64,000 nt of DNA from Octopus sinensis (taxonomy: Eukaryota), in assembly GCF_006345805.1 (NCBI RefSeq), contig NC_043003.1, positions 31,372,001 to 31,436,000 of the forward strand, written 5' to 3'. A program made the translations under genes and the position numbers. Position 1 is the first letter of the stretch. Every line of letters begins with the position of its first letter. Positions 51,806-64,000 of this stretch are shown here, one piece after another. The notes beneath the pieces are model-generated. The model was not told the DNA's origin. It made no database searches and saw only the letters and a list, made by a program, of their open reading frames with translations.

Positions 51806-52380
51806 TGAAAATAGATATCTTAAGCATACCTCTTCAGAAATTCATTCTTTAATAAGAGCAATTATGATTTTTGTGCATTGAAAATTGGAAATTTATCTGC
51901 TTTGAGATTTTTCTATAAATAAGTAACTTAATCTCTCTCTTTCTTTTCGCAATTTATATTCCTGAATTAAATCTTTGTTCACATGCAAAATCAAATCTCT
52001 GATAATCAGTAATACAGAAAGTGGTGAAAGTATGATTATTATTCTGTTTGTCAACTATCTTATAGATACATCTCTTTTGAAGTTGCGTGTAATATCTCTT
52101 AGCGAAAAAGCTAGGATTGGTTAAAAATAGATAAATAAATAAATAAATAAAGCTATACGTTTTATTGTCTAGCTTTTACAACATTCTTCCGTTGCTGCAA
52201 AATTTTAGATATCAATATGTTTCATTATATTTTTGCACCATTACTAGACTACTATAATTCATTTATATAGTCTTTGTCTCACTTTTATAGCTTTCTTTAG
52301 TTATAAACACTTTTGTAGTACGCAAAATTTTCAAAATATGTAATATAAACAAACATCCGTCCATCCATCTTCGCCCACTA

Positions 52381-52730
52381 TTCCTTGACGGGCTGTGGGA
52401 GATTGGGAGGTAGTCTTCAGCTACCTCCATAGGATGGGTCAGATTTCGGTACAAGACCACCAGTTTTGTGAGAAGGGTATTAGCCAATACCATAGACTCC
52501 AATACATCACTTTTATTCTAGTTTGCTTTTCTATCCCCCCAGGGAATGAAAAGTATTCCTTGACGGGCTGTGGGAAATTGGGAGGTAGTCTTCAGCTACC
52601 TCATTAGGATATGTCTGATTTAGGTACAAGACCAGCAGATTTGTGAGAATGGTATTAGCCGATACCATAGACTCCAATATGTCACCCGTATTCTAGTTTT
52701 CCTTTCTATCTCCCCAGGGAATGAAAAGTA
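52381..52730. repeat. Tandem duplication of a 175-bp unit
   Basis: 52381-52555 and 52556-52730 are colinear with scattered substitutions; the last part resembles a decayed SINE B core on the minus strand. Confidence 0.9.
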
Positions 52731-52854
52731 AGATTGAGTTAGGCTGGATTTAAACTCACAACATAAGATCTAGAAATAACTCAAAACATTTCTTTGGTCG
52801 GTCTAACGCTTGCCTCAGCTCATTGCCTTAAAAGCAAAAATTACTCCTTTTTAT

Positions 52855-53060
52855 TAAAGTCACAAAGCCTGAAGTTTTTAAGGGTGGAGTAAGTCGATTA
52901 CATCGATTACAGTATTCAATTGGCACTTATTTCATCGACCCCGAAAGGATGAAAGACAAGGTCAACCTCGGTGGGATTTGAAACCAGAGCGTAAAGACGG
53001 ACAAAATGCAGCTAAGCATTAGGCTAGCGTGCTGACGATCTTGGTAGCACGATGCCTTCG
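52855..53060 (-). mobile_element. SINE family B
   Basis: ATCGACCCCGAAAGGATGAAAGACAAGGTCAACCTCGG is the reverse-strand core. Confidence 0.75.
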
Positions 53061-53689
53061 TAATAGCAATAATGATATCTAACGGGACATGTTAATATTT
53101 CACGGAATTAATAGTAAACCTATTATTTCTGAAAACGTTATCCCCAAAACCTGAAAGCGTATCCTGTGTCGTATCTGCATGGAAAGATAGTCGTTCCTCT
53201 GCTACTCATTGAAAAGTGAAAGAAATCGGAATACTATGATTACCTAATGCACTTTATATATATATATATATATATAATATATATATATATATACACTCTA
53301 TATACTTAATGCACAATTTTAAAGACATAATACACAGCATATTCACTCTTATCTTTTCATGTTTCACATAGACAAAAAAGATATAAAATCTTTAGTTAAA
53401 TTCAATATATCTGCCACATGAATAAGCGTGAAGATTTCACGTAAATGCACTTATGCGCATGCGTTAAGTGATAGCTGATATAAAAACAATAGGTCAATTA
53501 AAAAAAATGCAGTTTTGAATATCCAATATCAGCAACATTTCAGTGGTTCTTCTCCAACTGAGTCACATAACGTGCTATCTCTACTCTTAAATTCACAGAA
53601 TGCATTATGGAATTGTTTAAAATAAATTAGTTGAGATCTGGTGAGAGAAGATTAATAAGTTACAGTTCAGTTCAAAAGACTCTCAGATG

Positions 53690-54125
53690 TAACATGGTTT
53701 TCTGATAAAGAAATTCTCTTCGAATCAAGTGCTTGCGGGTTCAATCTTACTGTGCCACACCATGTAGAAGTCTCTTCTGCTAAGGCATTAGGTTGACCAA
53801 TACTTTGTAAATCGAACAGTAGTGTACGGAAACAGTACGTGCACACGCACATATGCACACACGCATACATACACATTAGCACACACACACACACACACAC
53901 AAACACACACGTATAATATATAGGCGTTACTGTGGATTAAGAAGTTTGCCTCACAACCACTTAGTTCTGATTTTTAGTCCCCTAATTCCATGCTTTCCGT
54001 ATATAAGCCGACGGAAATAGCTCTGAGCATTAATGTTTTCATAATGAACGTTTCAGCCGCCTCGGACGGTCGGTGAAGTCTTGCAAATAGATTTGGTTGA
54101 GGTAAACCGAAAAAAAACCGTCGAA
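53690..54125. mobile_element. Two degenerate SINE family A 5' parts in opposite orientation
   Basis: 53690-53830 (minus) and 53922-54125 (plus) resemble the family A head and core. Confidence 0.5.
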
Positions 54126-54255
54126 TATATATAGAAAATGCACACAGAAGGATTCTTACATCTATTGCAGGACAAATTTGTTAACCTGATGTATGATCGT
54201 GTATGGAGAGTTTATTGAGTATTTCGCTTGGACTTTTAATCCCTTTTTTTAATTT

Positions 54256-54293
<38 letters not shown>

Positions 54294-54298
<5 letters not shown>

Positions 54299-54697
54299 AT
54301 CCAAACATGAAAACACGTAGAGAAAACACAACAACGCGAGGACGTGGAACAAGTATAGTATTATTGGACGCTCAGGAAAGTAGGAGGGTTTAACTCTTCG
54401 AGCGGAGCTCTTCGTCAGAAACATAGGAAAAGGAAAGATCCAAAGAAGGGAAGACGGAGGAAAAGTGGAAGTCGAAGAAGAAAGGTAAAAAGAAGATGAG
54501 GAAAAATGGAAGAGTCACGGACAAATTTTTTGATTTCCAATCACGGTTACAGTGGCGTACTCCGGATGAATGGTAACAGTAATCCGTGGGTGTAAAGATC
54601 CAGGAATTTTTTATCCAAGGCATCCAGGAGGCCGGGGTCCGTGTGAGCGTGCGGTATATAAAGTTAACCCAAACATGAAAACACAAAGAGAAAACAC
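54294..54697 (-). mobile_element. Penelope-like 3' fragment with a partial direct repeat and degenerate hammerhead (54388-54422)
   Basis: 36-nt direct repeat at 54294-54329 / 54662-54697; gttt-CTGACGA-a-gagc(tcc)gctc-GAAGAGTT-aaac. Confidence 0.55.
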
Positions 54698-54724
54698 GTG
54701 TGTGAATGTGTGTGTGCGTGTGTA

Positions 54725-54900
54725 TTGGTCTTTGCGTTTCTGTTTGTGTTTTACTTGAGCCTGACAACCTGTATTGGTTTGTTTACGCCTCATAACTTAG
54801 TGTTCGGTGGTACTGGAGCCGATTTGTTTCACTAATCCTTTCAATGCGGTGTCCCAGCATCGATACATTCCGATGACTAAAGGAAGTAAAGAAGTAAAAT
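54725..54900 (+). mobile_element. SINE family A, 3' half, degenerate
   Basis: TTGAGCCTGACAACC..GCGGTGTCCCAGCAT..ATGACTAAAGGAAGTAAA. Confidence 0.55.
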
Positions 54901-54913
54901 ATAAAAATAATAT

Positions 54914-54955
<42 letters not shown>

Positions 54956-56107
54956 CATTTACATATGTGTGTGTGTGTTTGTGTGTATGTACGTGTGAGT
55001 GTACGTGTGTGTATACACGTGAGCGAGTGCGTGTGGACGCTTTCCTATGTCTTTTCTCTTTATATGTCTTACATAAAATGGTTCATAAAAAAACTAGTAA
55101 GATGTTTAATAAATCACTCTATAAATGAAAATCGATAAAATAAATACATAATTGAAGTAAGCACTGGTGTTGATATGTTCGACCGAAACCGAGGCGGAGC
55201 TTAAGTATGTATGGCCTCTCTGAGTAATGACTGAAACCAGTTAAACAATAAAATACGATGACATACAATATTGGCGAAAACATATTGGATAGCATTATGG
55301 ATGTCACGAATGTATTGTCAAAGAGTATATTTCTGTTATATCTGGGTTTCAAAGTACATATATAGTTTTCTTGAGCATGTTAATCGACACTTCTGATCCG
55401 TGTACCTGGCTGGAGACTATAAAAAAAAGAACGGAGAGATAAAGAACATAGAGTTAAATCTCCTATTGGCTGATTGACATCCTGAAATCGAACATCTGCC
55501 AGCAAGTATATTGAAAGGGAAGATGGGAAAAAGAAATATGTTCGTATTTCATTGAAATACTCGATAAAGCATTTCATCAGATTTTCTACAATGGTAGTGA
55601 AGAAATGAAAGGGTGGATCATAATGTGGTCGGGCTAACTGTGTAACTACATCCAATAATTTATATCATACAAAGTCAGCTGAAAATGACTGATCACGCAA
55701 GAAAGCTATTGGTATTTTAATAAACGATGTTGATGTAATTCCCGTCTTTCGTTTTAGCTACTTGCTTAATTAAAAAAAAATACATATGCTTTGCTGTTTG
55801 AAGTGACTGAGATGCTTTTCAAGAAATATAATTAATAACAACATCAATGTTAATAAATTACTTTTGGTTATTAGTTTTCGGAGATACAACAACAACAGAA
55901 ACAAACAAAAGCAAAATTTTGTTTTAAATGTTTCCGTAAAATATCCCGAGTAGTATCTTTTATTTTGCTTTCTTTCCCTTTAAATTACATGATATTATAA
56001 AAAAGAAAATTTAATTTGTTAAACTAAATATCATTTTCTTGTGAAACGTCTTATGAAATTTCAATGCCAAAATCAAAATGTATAACTTAATTGTAGAATA
56101 TTTGAAA

Positions 56108-57787
56108 CAACTTCAAACTTATAAGCAAAATATACAAGCCTGTTTTCTAATTAGGGAAGCAGCTTTGTAGCATGTTGAAAGACATTCCAAAACCTATACA
56201 TGTAGAAACCAATTCATTTTCAAAACCCATAAAATATGCAATGGAAAATCAATAATAACATATCTACGCACATATATGTATTCACACACAAACTAATCAG
56301 CGTAGAATCTTATATATTTTTGATTGACTTGCCACAATTGGCGGTCAAATCTCTCTCCGGTTCAAAAACATGAAAGATTGGGTCCAGGTTGGGATGACAT
56401 AATCTATTTAACTAATTCATTGCTTGTAAACAACGGAAACAATGCGTGACAGTATTAATTCGTTCTCTTGACAAAATATAGTACATACGCTGTAACTATT
56501 TACAATGTTGTGCCTTTCTGTTAGTATTTGTAGAAAATAAAGCAATTACGTAGATGAATTCGCATTGACTTCATTAGGACAAGATAAATGGTTTTGGAAA
56601 ATCTGAACTTCAAAAGGTATTAATATGGGAGAGTTCTGTTCTCTTGATGGCAGCGTTCGATAAAAGAATGCTTCTTTACGAAGCATCGCGTGTCGAATGA
56701 TCCTATGTTCTGACGCAGCAATGTATGTTATGAGAACTGTTTCTGGGTTACGTTTCCACTGCAAGGGCCATCAGGGTTATCTTAGGCTGTGAATGATTGG
56801 CTATTCTTGTTGATACAGCAGTCCACTAATCAAAGACGGGTTGAGAATTCAACTATCAATTAATATATGTATACACGCTCTGGTGGTTTTTCTTATAAAG
56901 AGAAGAAAATTGATTTTTAACAGAGAAATGAGAAAACGAACTAAATATTCATATGATATTATATATGTGTGTGAATGTATGTATATGTGTGTGTATGTGT
57001 GTGTGTGTGTGTATCTATGTATTTATTATGTCAGGTTATTTTTAATTCAACTTGTAACGTGTAACCCAGTTCAACCTGTCGTATGGTCCGTCCCTTGGCA
57101 ACTAAACCAGCAAAATTAATAAGCTTGTTCGGCATGGAGGGCGGTTTTCATTGGACATTCTGCAAGACGAGAAACAAAATCTGTCAAAGAACTCAATATA
57201 ACAGTTGGAAGTGGGAGGTCTCTAGCTTTGTTTACTTTGTTTAGACATCTTGCTAGGAGAAAGGAAACATTGCTTGCGTCCAATGTCGAAAACTACTACT
57301 TCCCTTTGAGTAAATGGTTACGCTCTTTACAGAGTGGATTTGGCTCTATGCAGCGCCTTTCCTCACTTTAAAAACCTTCAGGCACAATCGTCACTTGATT
57401 TTTACCAATCTAAATTCTCTTTATTATGTACTGTATACTCTAGCTGGACCTAGGCGAAAAGTGCAAAACATTCACTTAAATATTCCATGGTGGAATGAAG
57501 GCATGTGCCAGTATGGATGATAAGCTCCCTGAAAACCTAGTCAATTGTTAAGTATTGACACATTCAATAAGCAAGTGTTATATAAGATTCTACGCAGATT
57601 AGTTTGTGTGTGAGTGCATATATGTGCGTAAAAATGTTGTTATTGATTTTCCATTGCATGTTTTATGGGTTTTAAAAATGAATTGGTTTCTACGTGTATA
57701 GGTTTTGGAATGTCTTTCAACATGCTATAAAGCTGCTTCCCCAATTAGAAAACAGGGTTGTGTATGTTGTTTATAAGTTTGAAGTTG
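56108..57787 (+). mobile_element. ~1.7-kb element bounded by ~209-bp inverted repeats, interior resembling a decayed mariner
   Basis: 56108-56316 is the reverse complement of 57579-57787; interior frames give ENLNFKR, NDPMF..CFWV and WKWEV, at positions that fit a mariner transposase. Confidence 0.5.
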
Positions 57788-58146
57788 CAAGATTATAACA
57801 TTCGCTTATGGAATGCGCCGATATATATATATAACAAAGTAAAGTTGCAAGATACCGCACTAGTGGAAATATATGTGAAAGAAGGTTTGAAAATGCAATT
57901 TTTTATATACATTTTGGAGTCCCGTTCCGATTACTTTCTTGTAAACTGTTTTTAACATTTTCTTCTTATTATTATTATCAAAGAATGTATATCTGTATTT
58001 TGATACTTTTGTGATAATCAGTACTTAACACAACAAAGCTCATACAAAGCTTTTCATTTTACTTTTAACAATCGTTTTCTAAAAAAGTGAAGCAGGTCAA
58101 GTGAATAAACATCTTTAAAATTGCATTTTCAAACCTTCTTTCGTAT

Positions 58147-58442
58147 ATGGCTAAGTGGTTAGGGCAGCGGACTCGCGGTCGTAGGATCGCGGTTTGGATT
58201 CCCAGACTGAACGTTGTGAGTGTTTATTGAGCGAAAACACCTAAAAGCTCCACGAGGCTCCGGCAGGGGGTGGTGATCCCTGCTGTACTCTTTCACCACT
58301 CTTTCTCTCACTCTTTCTTCTGTTGGCCTGCTCGCTTAGCCAGCGTGGTGGCGTCATTCGAAGGCTAAAACAATGCGAACGTATTGTGGCCAGCGATGTG
58401 TAGCAACATCGGATGTTCTGGTCAGTCACATGATCACGTGAT
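58147..58442 (+). mobile_element. SINE family C head and core with an alternative tail
   Basis: First ~170 bp match 32103-32497; the remainder is unrelated. Confidence 0.8.
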
Positions 58443-58446
58443 ATAT

Positions 58447-58810
58447 TCTCTTTTCTCTTTTACTCTTTTACTTGTTTCAGTCATTTGACTGCGGCCATGC
58501 TGGAGCACCACCTTTTAGTACTTATTCTATCGGTCTCTTTTTGCCGAACCGCTAGGTGACGGGGACGTAAACACACCAGCATCGGTTGTCAAGCAATGCT
58601 AGGGGGACAAACACAGACACACAAACACACACACATATACATATATATACATATATACGACATACTTCTTTCAGTTTCCGTCTACCAAATCCACTCACAA
58701 GGCATTGGTCGGCCCGGGGCTATAGCAGAAGACACTTGCCCAAGATGCCACGCAGTGGGACTGAACCCGCAACCGTGTGGTTGGTTAGCAAGCTACTTAC
58801 CACACAGCCA
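58447..58810 (-). mobile_element. SINE family A, young-looking copy
   Basis: Very similar to 9889-10300, lacking the segment from ...AGAATAAGTA to ..AAAGG. Confidence 0.85.
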
Positions 58811-58843
<33 letters not shown>

Positions 58844-60234
58844 ATATTGATAGCAGTTTCGTCATTTGTTGAAGAATTCAGATCTGAAATTAAGGATATC
58901 TGCAAGGTTGTTAAGACTTTTGAATTTGACACGCATAATTTAGATTTTGTATCATTTCTGTACTGTGTGTACCTCTCGATGACCTTCATATAGAATATAG
59001 GGGCATGTTCTTTGAGATTCTAGACGTAATTGAAAAGTGTTGCAGCATTACCCTTTTCGATATTTCTGAAGAAAGGTATACGCTTGAAGTATCACTGTTG
59101 AAATTGATCTTCTATCGAATATGCAACACAAGAAATACCGCATCACAAAATACCAATTCAGGAACGTTACTAAGTGCAAGAAGTTGTTTCTAATATTATG
59201 GTAAATGTTCAGAACCCATATGTCACGATGTATTATCACTAACGTGCTGTGTGAATCATTCAGGATATACACCCACACATTACATACATATAATAGAAAG
59301 ATAGTTGATAAAATGGCTACGAGTTAATAAGGATAAAGCAAATTCAAATACCTTGAGGAGGTCGCTGAAAAATGTCAGCTGTTTTAGGTTTTTGTTAAAC
59401 AATGTCTAACATCTAACATTTCTTGTTCGCCATGAAATAAATCAAACTTTTATAATAGGTTATTAAATATGTGCTGATAAAGAAGAGGTGAATGTTGGGA
59501 GCAGACGCTCTATGTTGTGAAAATGAGTGATGCGACGTTTTTGATTTTACCAATATCGATTAATACTCTCATAACTTGGACGTGATGTCTTACACAAGCA
59601 TCATCCGTTGTCTTGCTCTTACCGTTTAAGCTTCCTTTAGACTATTCGCCATATGCTAATTACAATAGTAGAGAATATTTGGGAATAAATAACTGCTTTT
59701 TAGATTCGTAATTTGGCACATAATGTTTCACTATAAAAGGTTAAAATTGTGTCTTTAAATTAATAATATTTCATTTTATAGTGTAATTTTCACAACATAA
59801 CTTCCGAATCTTTAACAGAAAAAAAACCTGTTGAAAAGGAAATTAAGAATCATACGATATTTAAACAATGAATATTTATATTACTGTATGATCTTAGGAA
59901 AATAAAATATATAATGGCGATAATACTAAAGTTAATCACTCAATACATAAGGTAAAAATGTTTTTCAGATACCAAAAGCAACTAGTATTCTATGATTTCC
60001 CAGAATGTCCCAACCTAATGAAAATATGTAAACTGTTTTCTAAAACAAATATATTAGTCGTCTTATACTGCATTAAATGATTTATTACATATGATGAAAG
60101 ACTTATAGGATTGTATCAACATCTAGACACCTCTGGTATCACTACATATATAGTTTGCTCAAAGCTCTTCCGATTCCGCCATCCAGAATAACAATAACAA
60201 TGGAAGGAATAATCATGGTTCCACAATAAATTAG

Positions 60235-60430
60235 ACCAGCAATTTTGAGAAAAGAAGTCAGTTAATTACATCGACCCCAGTGCTCAGCTGGTACTTATAT
60301 TATCGACCCGGAAAAGATGAAAGGCAAAGTGGACCTCAGTAGAATTTGAACTCAGAAAGTAATGAGCCTGAAGAAATATCGATAAACATTTCGTCCCGTG
60401 CGTTAACGTTTCCGCCAGGTCGTCGCCATC
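60235..60430 (-). mobile_element. SINE family B
   Basis: ATCGACCCCAGTGCTCAGCTGGTACTT..AATTTGAACTCAGAA. Confidence 0.75.
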
Positions 60431-60837
60431 AATGGTAATAATATAGTACTAATAATAATGGTTTCAAATTTTGGTTCAAGAGTAAGTGATACAGGAGCGC
60501 TACAAAAACTGGAATTGTTACAGAATCAAGTAAGAAAAAATCCTGCCTCACACACAATACGTTAGCAGGAGGGATTTGCCATTCATGTATCTGAGTGAGG
60601 TCTATCTGACGGTGTATCCATGTCCGTAAATGTTAAGCCCAACGGAAATTGTTTCCGCTTGAAATTCCGTGAGAGGCAGGTACTTCCAGATGTTCATTGC
60701 TTTTTTTTGAAAGTCCTCCTGTTGTAACAACTTGCTTCTTTCTCGCATATGTTAAGAATTTCCCCCTAAAATACACTATCAATCACGATCGCCAATAGCT
60801 GTCTATAAAATATAAAACCTGTTAACTGGTCAGTATT

Positions 60838-61190
60838 CAACTGGTGGCGAATTGGTTGTGTCATTCAAATGTCGTTTGATAAGGTATTCGGCGCCCCGAG
60901 ATTGTATCTCACCGAAGTCAATTTTGCCTTCATCAGTTCGGGCTCGATAAATAGGGCGAACGATTAAGGGAATTATAAGGGCGTCGGACTGACTTACTTG
61001 CGGCATCTGTTCCATCTCCTTATTTTCTGTCAGCAACACCCTGACAGCACCGGCGCCAAGCTATATCAATCCTTACCTCTCCCTTGGAGAGCATCAGTGG
61101 CGTTGAATGAGGAGATTTGCATGCATAGGTAATTACAGGTCTGTCGTAGAAACATTGCCCTGGTCTACGCAACTGAGAAGAAATTAAAGT
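60838..61190 (+). mobile_element. Possible SINE B variant with a longer unrelated tail
   Basis: GGTGGCGAATTGG head-like start and CACCGAAGTCAATTTTGCCTTCATC..GCTCGATAAAT core-like segment. Confidence 0.35.
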
Positions 61191-62974
61191 ATGTAGAAAT
61201 TCACCTAAAGTATAATTAAAATATTATGATAAAATTGCATTTCAAAACACAACACTTAGAGCGGCCATTATTTTCGGAGCAACCTAATACCATGATTAAA
61301 GAAGTTCTTTTTCTAGGCTGTATGGTGAAAAAATGTGAAAAGATAAGCAATTCGAAGGAATGCTGAAGTATGTTGAAAAAAGTTGCGTAGCAAAATTTTA
61401 AATGTTTTGTGCAAATGTTTGAGGAAATCACACTTGTATTGGAAGCGGTAACATCCGGTGTATTACGTTAGCCATTTTTGAGATATATGGGGTAAAATTC
61501 ATGCTCTGTCTATAAGCACCTGTTTATAGTGTGATTGGGCAGTTGGTGTGGTCTTCAATGACGTGTTATCATTTGTAAATCTCTTTATGTAAGTATTTTG
61601 CACAATTTTTGATTTCGTTCAACAATTTTATTCCCTCTCTCTTCCCCACCCCTTCCTTTTATAGTCTACGCTAGCCTTCATTGTTTCTGAAGGGCAACAA
61701 CTGATTGGAGTCAGGGGAGTAGCATTGTTTTTTGACTTCTCATCTAGATGAGGAAACATGATTTTTGATTCTGTTCGAAGTTACAACTTCTACTATAACA
61801 GGCAATGCTGTTGGATCTGCGGTTCTTGCTGTATCCACTACTCTTTACCGTTTTTCGTTCTTGTCATCATTGAAAAACGTCTTGAAGTATCCTTTCCTGT
61901 TAGTCCTGAAGCAACTGGACTGGAGTCTCACACTATGCATTACTTTTGTATTCTCAATTACACCAGTGCACAGCTCCATTGTGTCACTGTGATTTTCAGG
62001 GTCATTAAACCTTGTATGTTCATACTGAGCCCCTCACAACTGGATATTATTTTAAATCATTTTTGCATTCTTTTAGAAACTTGGTAACTAGTGAGGAGAC
62101 AATGCCAGAACGAACGCGACTTGAATTTTGCTGATATATTGTACTGATATAAGCCTGTGATTGGGTGTATGTTAACACCAGCTCGGCTTATCACCTCAAA
62201 TCATTCAAAGACTTAAAAACAGGTAACCACTTCTGTATACTCTGCAACGGTCCATCCATATTACGTCATCCCAAAACACATGACAAGCTTTCCTTTCCTT
62301 GTTTTCATTTTTTAAGGGTACACTGAACGTAACTCTATCTTGGGAGAGGTAGGATATTACTTTTTGCTCCTCCTTGGTCAAGTTTCTCATGCTCGTCTCA
62401 TGTTCAAAACCTGCCTGTGACTAGAAACGGTAACAAAATTGCTTATATTGCTATGAAAGCTATTCTCATATTTCCGTTTGGAAAATCACGAGTGTGTTTG
62501 TGTACACTACTCTTGTTGCTATCCTTTGAGTGGATTGGGGAAACAATGCTGTTCCCAAATGTGGCACGAGGATTTTACACTAGTGGACATGTTCATAGAC
62601 ATGCTATTATGCTCTTCTTTCATAATGAATGAATATCTGTGTACTACTGTAAAATTATTTTGTTTATTTAATTTTTTCTTTTGTATTCTGAGTAGTTGCG
62701 TTCATTAAAAAAAACCCTGCTCTTTGAGGGGATGTCGTTTCCACGTCTCGTAGACATTTTGAGAAAATCTCTTGGTAGACATATTTTTTCTCATAAACTT
62801 GAAATAAGTTTAAGAACAAAATTCTCAATTCTGTATAAACAGATCATTGCACAGAAATAAATAGCTAAATATTAAACATTAAATCAACAACATATAAACC
62901 AACTGAAAGCTGCACGTAAACAAGATTTTTCAAGGCAAGATTAAACGAAACTACTACTACTACAGTCCTTTCTA

Positions 62975-63150
62975 TTAGAGACACAATACCTGAAATTTGG
63001 AGGAAGAGCTCAACTGGTACTTATTTTATCGACCCCGAGAAAAAGAAAGACAAAGGCAACCTCGACAACTTTGAACTCAGAAAGTAAATACTGACGAAAA
63101 AAATCAAGAATTTTGTTCGGCGTACTAATGATTCTACCAACTCCTCCTCT
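62975..63150 (-). mobile_element. SINE family B, internally deleted
   Basis: CAACTGGTACTTATTTTATCGACCCCGA..TTTGAACTCAGAA. Confidence 0.65.
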
Positions 63151-63452
63151 TCTTCTTCTTCTTCTTCCTCCCCTCCTCCTCCTCCTCCTCCTCCTCTCCT
63201 CCTCCTCCTCCTCCTCCTCCCCTCCTCCCCTCCTCCCCCTCCTCCTCCTCCTCTTCCTCCTCCTCCTCCTCCTCCTCCTCCTAATAATAATAATAATAAT
63301 AATAATAAAAATAATAAAAATAGTAATAATAATAATAATAATAAAAATAATAAAAATAATAAAAATAGTAATAATAATAATAATGATAAAAATAATAATA
63401 ATGATAATAATGGTAATAATAATAATAATAATATTAATAATAATAATAAAAA

Positions 63453-63490
<38 letters not shown>

Positions 63491-63505
63491 ATAATAATAA
63501 TAATA
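63140..63505. repeat. Compound (CCT)n-(AAT)n-(CTA)n microsatellite
   Basis: Directly visible. Confidence 0.95.
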
Positions 63506-64000
63506 AATGCCCTGATGCAGTACCAGACAGTGGCTCTCATCTAATCTTAACTGATTTGAAGTGTTATCATGTACATTGTTTTGTCTCGGTATAAAAGATG
63601 GGCTACAGCAAATATTCTGCTCAATACCACAGATTTGCTTGGCAGTTGTTTGACCGTAACCAGATGAGTATGTCCTTTAGTGGCTGACGATATGTGCATC
63701 TCTGATCACGAGCAGAAGTAGTGGGGGAGCATCATAGCCATGTGTTAAGAGAGATTATATGGGGTTTGAATAATTCACCTCTGGAAACATGGGTGTTTCG
63801 TTCAACTTCCTTAAACAACCCTTATTCAGGGACTGTTTGAGCGGGATGGGCTATTCGACCAGAAGAAAATCGAATGGGTCCCATATGCAAGGTTATGTGC
63901 TGTTTATCTTGATATGAGATCACCATGTCGCGCACATATGTCTGTGATGCACCCTTATAAGACGTGTACCCTTATAAGACGCTAGTCATGATGGGTATAC

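Noticed and set aside
55380-55655. Mariner C-terminus-like ORF
   Set aside because: The similarity is too weak to support.
61740-62400. Short ORFs in moderately complex sequence
   Set aside because: Stops occur in all long frames and no family is recognisable.
63515-64000. Block that looks like a dispersed repeat
   Set aside because: It is single-copy in this window and has no diagnostic ends, so it cannot be supported without a search.

Overview
AT-rich eukaryotic intergenic or intronic DNA, saturated with (TA)n, (CA)n, (TATC)n and (AAT)n microsatellites and transposon debris. The repeat families resemble octopus DNA (inference from recollection, not a database search). No host protein-coding gene could be supported, and most listed ORFs are microsatellite artefacts. 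The only intact coding unit is an apparently full-length ~6.2 kb Tx1/L1-clade LINE on the minus strand (44174-50419). It has ORF1 (714 aa, CCHC knuckle) and ORF2 (1145 aa, APE-RT-zinc finger) and sits in a GATA-type microsatellite with a candidate 17-bp target site duplication (TSD). Also present: Tc1/mariner relics, non-autonomous Helitrons, MITEs, an RTE relic, a Penelope GIY-YIG relic and at least three tRNA-derived SINE families. Two systems stand out. (1) About nine type I hammerhead or hammerhead-like ribozyme motifs of several families, mostly in (TA)n-flanked Penelope-like pieces, several of which are fold-back palindromes; one carries a hammerhead on each strand. (2) A candidate Tx1 LINE-SINE partnership: a SINE tail matches the LINE 3' end (34/45 nt, shared hairpin before AATAAAGAAA), and the SINE hairpin recurs exactly (15/15 nt) in the LINE 5' UTR.
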